Part shown: positions 35,641 to 47,689 of the stretch, in pieces
Layout: every line of letters begins with the position of its first letter
Numbering within the stretch: position 1 is the stretch's first letter
NCBI GenBank assembly: GCA_013239625.1
Contig: MU053487.1
Location: 639,058-703,057, forward strand
Direction: 5' to 3'
DNA from: Lama guanicoe
Taxonomy: Eukaryota
Length of the DNA stretch: 64,000 nt
Notes under the pieces: generated by a model
The model's input: the letters and a program-made list of their open reading frames with translations, nothing else
Databases searched by the model: none
Told to the model about the DNA's origin: nothing
Made by a program: the position numbers and the translations under genes

Positions 35641-36961
35641 CATTTGTAACTGTAACTATAACTGTAATTGCTGGCCATGAGGTTGTCATTGACTCAAAAC
35701 TCCCTATGGTGGGATTGCAAGGCGTCAAAGCACTGGTAAGGGAGCTTCCCCTGGGCAAAGAGGTTTCCCTAGCTCCTGCTTTCGGCTCTTCTGAGCTCAC
35801 GCTGGACTATACCCACTTTGACCTGTCACTGTATATTTACTGAGCACCTACTACGTGCTGAGAACAATATGTGTGGCTGAGAGATGCAGTGGTGCCCCAG
35901 CTCCCCTGGGACAGAGCTTTTCTGTGCTCTTTGCCAGGACTGACTCCCCACACATCTGGCTTCACACAAGCTGTATTCACTCCTGAGCCCCCTATGCTCT
36001 GGGAATCCCATGGCACGTGCTTAATAAAGGCTCGAGGACTGCAGACTAGCACTCGTGAAGTCATTTATGAACACCGATTAGGCGAAAGTCATTGGTGGGT
36101 CTAACATAAATAACTGTATCTTCCAGAATTTGGGGATGTGGAGGGTTGACCCAGGTTGAGATAAAAGCAGATCTGATTTTACTTCTTCCCTGAATTGCTT
36201 TGTGACCTTAGACAGTCCTTGGCTGAAAGCAGCCTCTTTTCAGCGTGTGTAAGATGAGAGATTTGTATCAGTGCTTCCCTAACATCCCTTCTAGTTCAAA
36301 TATACTAATATTTTAAGTCTATAAATAGGAATCTCTGAAACTCTTGAGAGACATAAAAAAGCGTGAGCCCTGAGGGTTGTGAGACAGGGACGCAAAAAAG
36401 GGTACCCGGGGCTTAGCACTGGCTGCTACCTTGCTTGGAAAGTGCTGGGTTTTATTCCTTGTGAGATACAGACAGGAAAACCCTCCGTCTACTCTGGGGT
36501 GCCATGGCAATTAATTAGGCAATGTTTGCGAGGTACAAAAGGAACAAAAAGTGCTGCATGTAAAAAGTCATATAAATGCTAAGTGTTATTGTTTTCCGTC
36601 TGATTCTCCCCTAATTGGTTTCAGTTTCATATCAGAGTAGTCGTAACAGCATCAGCTGGGGTTCCTCTGGCTGATTGTGCTGCCAATAAAGTCTGTGAAA
36701 CCAACACTCTCACTATAAGTTGGCAAATGGTGCCTCTGGGCTTACCTGAAAGAGCTCTGGAGGATACCCAAATAAACGCCCCCAGGTGGGACTCCAGCCT
36801 TGGGCGCTCCTTTCTGTGCCGGAAGGGTAGAGACTGGCCCCTCAACAGGTGACCCCTGTTCAAGGCAGCGTATGACCAGCTTGGTGAGGGCAAGGCTGTA
36901 GGGTTCCTCCTGAACCACATGGTAAACTGTGGGCTCATTGATACAAATGCAGTGTCCTCTG

Positions 36962-37510
36962 TGTATCAGTTACCTATTGCCGTGATAATGCCATGTAACA
37001 AACCAAGCCAAAACTCAGGGGCTTCAAATGATGGCATTTCTTTAGTTTAAGAGGCTGAGGTTGGTGAGGCAGACCTGGCTCGGCCGGGGATGGCGTTCCT
37101 CCGGCCTCAGCTGGGTGTGCCTTCCTGTCTGAGGTTAGCTGCTCCTGGCCAGTGTAGGTTGTCCTTGGAAGGGGTGGCTGAAGGGACTTAGCTCTGCCCA
37201 CTGTCTCTCATCCTCCAGGTGCTCGCCTGGGTGTGTCATTCTTGCGGCAGTGCAGAGACACAAGGATGAGAGGGAAATCTACAAGGCTTCCAAGTCCTGG
37301 GTGCAGAAGTGGCTCATCCTCACTTCCGTCTATTCTACTGACCAAAGAAAGTCACTTGACTGAGCCCAGATTTAGGGAGAGGGGAGAAGGATGCAGACTC
37401 TGCTTCTTTGGTGGGGCGGACTGCAAAGTCACATGGCAAAGGGCAGGATGCCGGAAGTTACCAGAAGGATGGGGTGAGGAACTAGGGCTGTGAATGCCAT
37501 CTGTCCACCA
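36962..37510 (-). mobile_element. MaLR solo LTR (MLT1G/H-like)
   Basis: tgtatcagttacctattgcc..ataatgccatgtaacaaacc..caaaactcagggg ... gcaaagtcacatggcaaaggg. Confidence 0.85.
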
Positions 37511-37514
37511 GAAT

Positions 37515-37616
37515 GGGCCTCAGCCCTAGACTTGAAACCTCTGGGGATCAGGGCATCTGCATTTTTAACCGGTTTGCAGGATGTTCTGATGCTCAGTGAA
37601 GTTTGATAACAATTGG
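37515..37616 (+). mobile_element. MER5A 3' half (hAT-Charlie)
   Basis: aaacctctgggg..gcatctgcatttttaac...ttctgatgctcagtgaagtttgataacaattg. Confidence 0.7.
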
Positions 37617-38425
37617 ACAGAAGCAAAGAGCAACAGAACAGCAGGAGCTTAGAGATGTGAAATTACCCGCTGCCTGGGCTGGCCTCGCCCCAGATACTCC
37701 TCACCCTGCCTGCTCTCCGTGTTTTTACATCCAGAGGAACTGAGTCAAGCCTCTTCAACTGTCAGTGAAGCCGGGTGTACTGGGACCCCCTGAGGGGAAA
37801 CGATCTATATCACCAGGACCTCCACAAAGGCTCCGTGGAACTTGGTTGGGAGACTGGGTGAGGCGTCAGGTGAAGGAGAACAAAGGCTCAGAGGCAGACG
37901 ACCTAAAGGGAAGTCAGAGCCTAGTAGGGTGTGGCTGGGGGAGGGTCTACAGGAGAGAAATCTAGAACAGGAAACCAAACCCAGATTGTGGTGTGCCTCC
38001 AGCAGCTGGAACGTGGGGAAGTCAGGAGTTAGCTGATGTGTGGTCCTCGTCTGGAGAAATCTGGTAACAGAGCCAGTGGAGGGGATGGAAAGGAAGTGCT
38101 GGCGACTAAAATAGGGCTACCACAGTGAGCTCCACGTCTCCTCTGCTCACTCCTGGGTAGTACGGGGTCCTCTGGTTGGCAATTCAGTGTCCACTTCCCA
38201 TGTAGGAGTCAAAGCTTTGAACTTAGTTTCATGTGATGTCTTTTGCATTTTGTATTTTCCTTTCTGCCAGCTCAGAGCTGCTGGAAGCAAGGAAGCGGGA
38301 AGTCGGGTGTGCCTCTCCTTCCGATTCTCGCTTCCTATGGCTTCAGCATCTACCTCCGACTTGTTAATCAAGGTCTCCACGGGTCTAGGATGTAATGGAG
38401 GGAGAAGAGATAAGGGGCACGGGAG

Positions 38426-38889
38426 TGTCTTGGCTGCATGGAATAAGCTTGCCCATCATCCAGTTCTACAAGAATCAAGTCATTTGTCACTGCTGTCACC
38501 GACCGACAACACACCATGAAAGGCATTCAGGGTGAAGATCAGGACGGGGGACTTGGTGCTCTGGGAAAATATGCAGATAATTAAGAATAGTTCAGGAGAG
38601 ATTCTGTATGAACCTGGGTTCTTGCATCTTCCTGTACCTAGAAAAGCACTACAGTCATTAACTGAGATATCTGTTCCTCTTGACTAACGGTAACCTTCTG
38701 CTGAAATGTGTGCTTGAGTGCACGTACCCCTTCTCCAAATCACATGTAGACTGGCCTCCCTTCCTACCCCTTGGGAGCAGCCCTCAGAGCTATCTGGGAG
38801 GCTGTCTCCCAGGCTATAGTGCTCAGTAAGTCCCCCAGTGAAACTGAAACTCACAGCTCTCACGTTGTGCATTTTTGTTTCAGTCGACA
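38426..38889 (+). mobile_element. Cetartiodactyl ERV1-class solo LTR (possibly MER41-related)
   Basis: TG...CA; ctagaaaagcacta, gtgcttgagtgcacgtacccc, cagagctatctgggaggctgtctcccaggctatagt and ttgtgcatttttgtttcagtcgaca resemble a common artiodactyl LTR; TSD not evident, so the 5' boundary is uncertain. Confidence 0.8.
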
Positions 38890-41629
38890 GCTGGTCCTGG
38901 TGTGGACTGGCCAGCGTTCTTTCTGGCTCTTCTGTTGGGGTTCTGCAGAGACACCTTGTCTTAGGTTGAGTGTTAGGGAGTGGGAGCCGGATGGGGAGGG
39001 TGAGGGGGCCAAGAGAGCCGTGTCTGTAGAGCACACCTCAGGTCCTCCTGACTTAGGGTCGGGGAGCTGGACCTGGTACTTCCCTCCTATAGATGCTGGC
39101 TAGCAGGCATCCGGACGCTGGACACGGGCTCCCAGCCACCTGATGCAACTGCTTCTGCGGGCAAAGCAGCCCCAGCGACTCCAGGGCTGTCCTCCAAGGA
39201 GAGCTGCAGGTACAGGCTGTCCGAAGCAAAGCACACAGAAGGGAAAGGGGCAGCAGAAATGCTCAAAGAGGTCCCTGGACTATGGTGATGCACTGACAGT
39301 GTCTCTCACGCTCCCTTCTTCCCCAAGGACCTCTCACTCCCAGTTCCCTTGATGCAGGTGGTGGACACTCACATGGCTCTCAATGTCATCATTCCTCAGC
39401 CCCAAGCACCTGCAAAACCTGCAGCGTCTCCTGCTGAGGTCTCTTTACTCCCTTTGGGAGTCCATCTCCGAAGGATCTGACGGCCCCATGCCTGCTCTCT
39501 CTTTCTTGTAGAGTTCCCCCTGGTCCCTGGGAAACACCAACTGATGGCTTTCCTGTCCTGGCATCTCTGGGAATGCAGCCACCTTACCCAGCACCCTCGC
39601 CTTGGGCTTGTCTGCCAGCTGCCAGCAGCCTGCTCCTTGAGGTTGGGATTATTTAAGGAGTCAGACAGCAGTCCCCTGTGACCCCAAACAGTACAGTCAC
39701 AGCACAGATCTCTCTGAAGAAATCATCCAAAAAAAAAAAAAATCTAATAGTCAACTCCTAGCCTTCTTATATGAGTCTTGCAATTTTTTTTTTTTTTGGC
39801 CATCTCCTTTATAAAACCTGCAGGCGTCCTACCACCTCCTTTGGTATGTGCCTCAGGGTAAACCTCCATTTCTTACATCCTGTTACATGTGTTTCTCATG
39901 ACCTTCTGTAGGAAGGACTTTTGGTTGAGTCCACAGATGTGTGGAGTGGGGCTGCACGCTGGGCTGTGGGGAGCTGGGAGAGTCAGAGCTGGCCTCCTCT
40001 GCCCTGTCTGGTGCTGGAAACATCGTCTTCCTCAGTTAATCAGCTTTGACGAGCCAGTCTGGCAGGAAGCTCTCTGAATACACGAGAGCCTGGGACTTTT
40101 ATATTTCTCCCTCTGTTTGAGGAGCGTCAGAGCAGGAAATGGTGCCCTACAAAAATCTTCTGAATGAGTGAATGAAGGGAGCTGGGTCTTCTGAAATGAG
40201 CATTATGTTTTTGTTCCTTGAACTCAAGACATCAAAAGCAGAAAGTTCCAGGGTTGTTACAGGGGAGTCCCAGAGATTTTTTCCGCATCTCTCGTTGCTG
40301 GTGGGTTTACAATGTCCGTATGTGTCATTAGAAAGGAAATGGGAGGCTCCATCCGCATAGCCCCACCCCTCCCAGGTCACCCCAGCTGAGGATGGCAGAG
40401 GGGAGAGCAAAGTGGTCTGGGAGGGGCTCATGGGGCTTTGACAGGTACACAATCCATTGTCTGAGGGACCCTGGGCATGATGACATGGGGCACCTCCCTC
40501 ACCCAGGGGAGAGTTCCCAACCTCTGCAGGGGTGGGGAACACCAGCCTAGGGACTGTTACTAGGAGCTCTAATGGCTTTTGGCCTAAGTTAGCGGAGCCA
40601 TGTAGCTTCTCTGGTCTGGTCTGGCCCTTTTGTCTCCCTGAAACTTGGAGAATGATTCAAGTAGATATGAAAGTATTCAAGTAGATACTCACCGGGACAG
40701 AGAGTTCATTATCTAGAATTATAAGCCTACTGAATCCCCCCCCACAAGTTTTAGGTAGCGTCCCCAGTGGATGACTTCACGTGGGCCCCTCCACCCTGGT
40801 CTCCACTCCTCACCCAGACCTTGGACAGTTACCATGTGCCCGTCTCTGTGCAGAGAGGGAGATGGACTAGCTGCTCAGAGTCGGTCAGCCTCCTTAGTCT
40901 CCAGGGAGGGTCTCGGGGGGAAAGCTGACTCACTTAGAGCTGGCTCAGTGCACAGGATACCTTTGCCCTGCACTCAGCAGATCAGGAAGCTTTAGCTGGA
41001 CCATTGCATCTTCCCCCAGGAGGCAGTTAGCAAAGGTGGGAGGTGAGTGACACGGATGGGTGGCAGTGATCTTGTAGAAATGGCGAGGAGAGGCAGCTCC
41101 AAGATAAATCATGAGAGAAAAAAAATCCAGATTTCACTGGACTTGTTGGGGTGGGGACAGAAGGGAGCAGAGGAGAGAGAGGAGCAGAATGAGACCCTGG
41201 GGAGGGACCCGGAGGCACAGATGTAGTTACTAAGGTCTAAATCAAATGCAAATAGCTTCGTGGCTTTTTTTCTTAAATCCACATTTTATTTGAAACTCAC
41301 AAACTTCTGGTTCCAATTGTTTCCTTGGTTATATCTGTCCTTGCTGAGTCTTGCAAATGAGGCGAAATTCTCCAATAATGCCATTTCTCAGCTGCTGTGA
41401 TCATATTGCCGCTAAAGGTGTCCAATGGGCAGCTTTCTCACAGTGGAGGTGACTGTCGGGCTTCTCAAAACCTAGGAGATTTAAGAGCGTGAATAAATGG
41501 CTTCAGCAAAATATTATTGCTGCACATGGGAATGCAATTATTTCTTCTTAGTCCAAGGTCCTTTGTTCCTTCCACCTCACCCTTCCTCATTCCTCAGGTA
41601 CCCCAGCTGGTGCAGAATAGATGCCCCCT

Positions 41630-41880
41630 CAGAAAAATTTATTGAGCACCTACTCAGCACCAGCTGGATACGCAGATATAGTCTGATATGGTCCATATCT
41701 ACCCAGTGTAGACATGGTAGGAGCTGAGAAGTTCCTCATTCGTTTATTTGTTCAATAAACGTTCCAGTGGTGCCTGCTATTCGATAGTCTGTGCTAGGCA
41801 TTGGGAATCCAGGGGTGAGCAGGGGAGGTGTTGCCTATGCTTTTGTGCAGGTTATAATCTGGGTGTGGAGAGATGCCAAG
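41630..41880 (-). mobile_element. L2 3' end fragments
   Basis: atttattgagcacctact; cattcgtttatttgttcaataaac..gtgcctgcta..tgtgctaggcattggg. Confidence 0.7.
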
Positions 41881-42791
41881 GAAAGAAGTTCAGAAATATA
41901 ATGAATATATAATGACCTAGTTTGGAGGATGCTTAGTGGTCCAGTTCACACGGGTGTCACTCCTCACTGGCTCACATTTCATGGGTATGTTTAGCTGTGA
42001 GCTGTGGAAACTCACATTATGTATGAGAATACTTGTGGGCGTGTGTGTAACAAGGAGAGTGTATGTTTCCTTCTTCATTTATTCTCAAGAAGGGGCAGGG
42101 CTTCCTTGGCAAACACAGATCTCAAGTTAAGTTTTGCACCCTGATTGGCCACTCTTCCTTAACACCAAGGAGTCCGTTATGGGGGTGGGCAGATTTAACA
42201 TGCCGTGTCAGTGGGGCTCTTCAAGACTGTGTTGTTAGAAAACCAAAGGCCAACAGGGGACAGCAAATTGTGGCCATGGTTGTGACTCTGCTCTCATTGG
42301 TTTCAGTGGTTTTATTATATTCCCAAGTCCTTTCCTTGAAACCTGAGCCCTGTGCCTGCAGGACATTTTATGTCCGAAGTAGGGTAGGAAGTAGACAAAC
42401 ATGACCTATTCTTCAATGTCTATTATACAATGACTCAATCTGTATGCACAGGAGGCTGACACAGCTTTTCCCAAACGTCCTGTAGGGACAAATGAAAGGC
42501 CTCCAGGACTCCGTGCTCCTGCCCACTGGCCTCAGCCCCATCCCAGCAGACACAACCACTGGGAACCCCAAAGACCTTCCTGGCTGTAGCTCTTTGGATA
42601 AGCCCTTCTTCCCTCTTCCTCTGTAAACAATGCTGATCTCATGGGGCTTTATGAGAATTTAATGATCCATGCCTCGTAAAAAATTATTTTATAATCAGGA
42701 ATCCACTGAAATTATTACTGCTCTTGGTTGTCGTTGCAATGATGTCCTTGATTCTCACTTCACTTCTGCAAACAGAGAATGTTTAGGGGCT

Positions 42792-43291
42792 TGTGGCAGA
42801 TTATGTCTTCCCAAGATGGCACAACAACTCTCCCACCTCACATGTGCTTTCTCAGTGTGACCTTACCACTCCCCCGTGAAGACATGTGACCTCTTTCTCC
42901 ATCCTCTGGGCTGTGGGATGACCCCACGACCCATTTGGTTGTTTTGGCCAGTGCAACATGGTGGAGTGACACTGTGTCAGTGGTGGGTGGAGCCCTGGGC
43001 CAGCCTGGTAATGTCAGCCTCCTGCCTCTTGGAGCCTGCTGCCATGTAAGAGGTGTGACAGTCTTGAGGCTGCCGGGTGATGTTCTCCCAGGGGGGAAAG
43101 GCCAAGGAGCAGAAGGGTGTACCAGTCACCACACGAAGAAGCCATCTTGGAGATGATTTTCCAGCCCCAGCCTCTTGAATTCCCAACTGAATTCCTGAAT
43201 TCCCAGCCTATTGAATTGTGGGAAAAATGATGGTTGTGTTAAGACACTCAGTTTTGGGGGTAGTTGTGACCTAGCAATAGAAGACTATGCA
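42792..43291 (+). mobile_element. MaLR solo LTR (MLT1G-like)
   Basis: tgtggcagattatgtcttcccaagatggc ... ttaagacactcagttttgggggtagttgtgacctagcaataga. Confidence 0.85.
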
Positions 43292-43349
43292 AGCCCTTGT
43301 TCGTCTTCCAGAGTTGTGTTTTCTTTTCTCCAAGCCCTTACTAATTGTG

Positions 43350-43560
43350 TTGAATTGACAAAAGCATGGGCTTTTCCAGCCCAGGTGGTCTGCTGTGTGA
43401 ATCTTGACTTGGCCACCTATGAACTGTGTGTTCATGTAATGCTTTGAACTTCAGCTTTCTGATCTAATACAGGTTCCTTAGAAGGCCTCCCAGAGGTGTG
43501 GCAAGGCTGTAATGAGCCAATCCCACTACAAGTGGCTGGCAGTGTGTCTGGCCCTTATTG
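43350..43560 (+). mobile_element. MIR SINE
   Basis: gtgaatcttgacttggccacct..ctgtgtg..ctttgaacttcagctttctgatcta. Confidence 0.6.
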
Positions 43561-43704
43561 TCTGGGGCACCGTGAGCACCTGCGAGTCAGTCCTACAGCC
43601 CTGATGGGGTTAGTTCTCAGTAGTACTGGAAGTTGATGTACCCTGGGGACTGCATTAAGGATGGGGAGGGGAAAGGCTGCCTAGTGTCAAGGCTTCAAAT
43701 ACAG

Positions 43705-43895
43705 TTCGTGACTGTTCAGTACCTACTACGTGTGCCAGATCTCTGTAACCGCTATGTTATTCCCTTAATACGTATCTCCATTTTACAGATGGGGGCACTG
43801 AGGCTCAGCGATGCTGATGTGGCTTACCTGAGGACCAACGCCAACAACAATGGAGCTAAGGTAAGAGATCGGTTTCCTGGACACCAAGTCCAATG
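43705..43895 (-). mobile_element. MIR SINE
   Basis: agtacctactacgtgtgccag...ctccattttacagatgggggcactgaggctcag. Confidence 0.8.
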
Positions 43896-44611
43896 TGACT
43901 TGAGGCAATCACTTAGAATTTTGACTCCAGCACAAGGTGGAGAGGATAAGAGAGTGTTCCAGGGGCATAATTTCAATCTTAAAGCATTGCAATGCAGTGA
44001 CTCCTTGAACAAAACGAAGAATACTGAATTCTTTCAAAGCTGCAGACACAAGAAGTTTACTCCTTCCAGTTGATCGTTCTTGGCAAAATAGGCTTGAATG
44101 GCATCTTATTCCTTTGTTTCCAGTTGGAGGGTCTTCTGTTTTGAGCATATGTGTCCCTCTGTTCTGGAAGTTTTTCTTGACAGAAGCAGAGAGGTTTTTG
44201 ACAAACAACTTTAATATTCTTTGTGTCTGTTTGCTGGCTCTAATAATCCTGCAAGCTTACGAGGTCACTGTTAAGATTAAATCTGAGTCATCGGAGGCAG
44301 ATGTTGACACATCATTATTTAAATCCCGAGCTGCCGGAGGAGTCTCAGTGCCCTGAGTGATGACTCACTGTCCAAATGAACACCCCAAATTCCACTCAGC
44401 CTGCTGAGCAGGGACTACGGACAACAGTGGGGAAGCAAGTTTGCTTTTCTGCTTGCCTTGCTCTGTGTGATGAGAAAGCTCTGCTTTCCGCGGCAGAAGC
44501 AGCATGGTGTGTAGAGGATGAGGATGGCCCAGAAGATCTGGGCTCCTATCTCATCTCTACCACTTGCTGTGGGTTCTATCTTTTCACCTGTTCTTCAGAG
44601 CCCTTCCTGTA

Positions 44612-46160
44612 ATTGGTGCCTACACCTTTGTTCATTCATGCAATAAGGTGGATTATCTTGAGTGTACAATGTGACTGCGAAAATTTACAAATATATACTC
44701 CGAGTGAGCATCACCCAGATCAAGACATGGAACATTTTTCTTATCCCCAGAAGGCCCCGTGGTACCTCTTTTCAATCAGTAACCCCTCAAAGCAACCATT
44801 ATTCTGACTTCCAACACTACAGATTAGTTGTGTCTGTTCTAGAATTTCATGTAAAAGGAATCATATGACACATACACTTTTATGTCTAGCACTTTTGCTC
44901 AGCAAAATCCCTGTAAGATTTATCCATGGTGCTGTGTTAGCAGTAATTTATTCCTTTTCATTGCTGAGTAATATTCCATTGTGTGGATATGCTGCAATTT
45001 GTTTATACACTCTCCTGTTCAGTGACATCTGGGCTGTTTCCAGACTTTGGCTATATGAGTACAGTTGCTATAGCTAGGCTTTTTTAAAACTTTAATTAAA
45101 AAAATTTTTATTGAAGTTTGGTTGATTTACAATATTATGTTAGTTTCAGGTGTACAGTAAAGTGATTCAGTTATACATGTATATCCTTTTCAGATTATTT
45201 TCCATCATAGGTTATTACAAGACATTGTATTGTTCCCTGTGACATACAATAAAATCTTGTTGCTTATCTATTTTATGTATAGTAGTTTGTATCTCTTAAG
45301 CTAATACTCCTTCCCTCCCTTTCCCCCAGTAACCATAAGTTTGTTTTCTATGTCTGTGAGTCTCTTTCTGTTTCGTAAGTGCATTTTTATCATTCTCAGA
45401 TTCCACATATAAGTGATGTGATATATTTGTCTTTCTCAGTCTGACTGATCTCACTTAGTATGATCATCTCTAGGTCCATCCATGTTCCTGCAGATGGCAG
45501 TAGTTCATTCTTTCTTATGGCTGAGTAATATTCCTATGTCTACGTGAGTGTGTGTGTTTGTGCGTGCGTGGGGGTGTGCGCGTTTGCGTGTGCTACATCT
45601 TCTTAAACCATTATCTGTTGATAGGCATTTGGGTTGTTTCCATGTCTTGGCTATTGTAAATAGTGTCTGTAACTTTCTTGTACACACCTTTTTGTAGACG
45701 TATGTGTTCATTTCTCTTGAGTAAGTACTTAGAAATGAGATTGTAGAGTCATAGGATAAGCATGTCTTTGACTTTATCAGAAACTGCCTAACAGTTCTAG
45801 TGCCTAATATGTTCAATCTTTTAAAGTTTAGCCCTTCTGGAGAGTGTCTTGTGGCACCTCAGTTTAGTTTCAAGTTGCATTTTCCTGATGAATAATAAAG
45901 CTGAAGCATTTCTACTCATGGTTACTACCATTTATATATCTTTTTTAAAAAGCTTTTAAAAAGTTGAACATAGTCAATGTACAATGTTGTGTTAATTTCT
46001 GGTGTACAGCATAGTGATTCAGTTATACATACATATATTCCTTTTCAAATTCTTTTTTATTATACACCATTCAAGATACTGAATATAGTTCTCTGTGATA
46101 TACCTTTTCTTTTTGTGAAGCATCTTTAAATATTTGCCCATCTAAAATGGTTGATTTTAT
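44612..46160 (-). mobile_element. Old L1 3' region (L1MD/ME-like) with two nested younger L1 3' ends (about 45080-45665 and 45945-46098)
   Basis: Old UTR catcacccagatcaagacatggaacattt; young UTR ttgatttacaatattatgttagtttcaggtgtacag; ORF 45505..45816 (-) LFTIAKTWKQPKC matches the ORF2p C-terminus. Confidence 0.88.
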
Positions 46161-46382
46161 AGATAGAATGGATTAATAAATCCATTATCTGGAGGATGGA
46201 CTTTAGAAAAGTGCTGAGTAACAGGGTTGTCCAGCACAGCAGTAGAAATGGGGTACTGTTCTCACCTGCTTCTCAGTCCAGCTCGCATCTGGGTGGAAAC
46301 CTGTAAGGATGCTACCACCTGCCTTATTTAGAACAGAGAGATGTGAATAGTAGGGATAACTCTGATAATAATCTCTGAGAAT

Positions 46383-46386
<4 letters not shown>

Positions 46387-46422
<36 letters not shown>
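46387..46422. repeat. Perfect (CA)18 microsatellite
   Basis: Directly visible. Confidence 0.97.
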
Positions 46423-46423
<1 letters not shown>

Positions 46424-46659
46424 CACTGTGGAAGGAAGATGAGCTCAAAAGCCAGAGAAACGATCCTGGGACCTTGAGAGATACACGGCAGTGACCGCTT
46501 CTTGGTGTGATTAGGAAGGAGGCTAGGGAGCCCAGGAATTGGGCTGGTCGTGACTTGTTCTTTAGTTGAAATAACTCAGTCCTGCAGACCCTGCTGCTTG
46601 TGAAATCACCAAGAACAGAAAAGAAAATGAGCCTCAGGGCTGCTCAGATTTGTCTCTCA

Positions 46660-46810
46660 TCAGGAAAGTTCTCGAATCTCTCTTTTCCCATCTGTAAGAT
46701 GGGAATAATAACTTAGCCTATTTTGAAGAACGATTGAGAAGATTAGAAGTAATTGTGTAAAATACCAAGCACAGTGCCTATAATCTAGTCAGAGTCCAAT
46801 CGATGTCAGT
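46660..46810 (+). mobile_element. MIR SINE 3' half
   Basis: ttttcccatctgtaagatgggaataataac...gagaagattaga...agcacagtgcct. Confidence 0.8.
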
Positions 46811-47689
46811 GTTCTTCATTTCAAGGGAAGAACATAAAACACTTGTTACCAATGTGGAGTCTTTGTGTGTATGGGCAACGTGGCTGGTTAGCCGGTGACA
46901 GCTCTGTGCCTGGCAGGGACACCTGCTCTTCCTTGACATCACATTTCCTTATCTGAAACCTGGAAGAAGGTCCCTACAAATGGACTCTGGGGACTGTAAT
47001 GAGTGTGTGGTGAGGGCAAGGTGTGCTCCTCACTTGCCCTTATTCTCTGTGTAGCCTTCATGGGACCAAGACCTTTGCTGTGTACTTGCCAGATGTTGGG
47101 GGAGGGTGGATGGAATTGGACTGAAGTTTTGGCTGCGTCTAGAACTCACATGGCCTAATTCGTGGAGGTGTGCATTATGCAAGGCCAGATTTACATAATA
47201 GAAAACTAAGAGTATTAGAGAAAAACATCAAAAGCTTCCTTTTTAAAATAATTCTCTTAATAAAAGATGATTGTTTATCATATGGGCTGTGGGTTGCTAT
47301 GACGACATGAGGGTGCTGAATTAGAAGAGAACTGAAGTGGATATTCTAATATGGATGGGCATATATATACTTAGAAAAAAAGTGCATTTTAGAAACAGGC
47401 TTGAGATGTTGTGTGGTGTGTTTTATGGTGTCCATAAAATGTCCTGGGTTTCTGTGTCAGTCTGCTTCCTGTTTTCTAGGTTACCCATTTTATTCCCATT
47501 GTGTTTTATTTCTCAGTCATATTGAGATTGTTTATTCATTCATTCATTCATCCATCAATACATAGATTTTGGTAGCATATGTGTCCACATTCTGAGGAAT
47601 ATTCAAAGAAGTAAAACATGTGGTCTCTCAGGATGATTTCATGAGAGCAGTAGAATGTCTCTGCCACTAGCTGACCTTCCTCTTTGAAT

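Noticed and set aside
40655..40687. 13-bp direct repeat ATTCAAGTAGATA with a 7-bp spacer
   Set aside because: Only two units, consistent with an ordinary micro-duplication.
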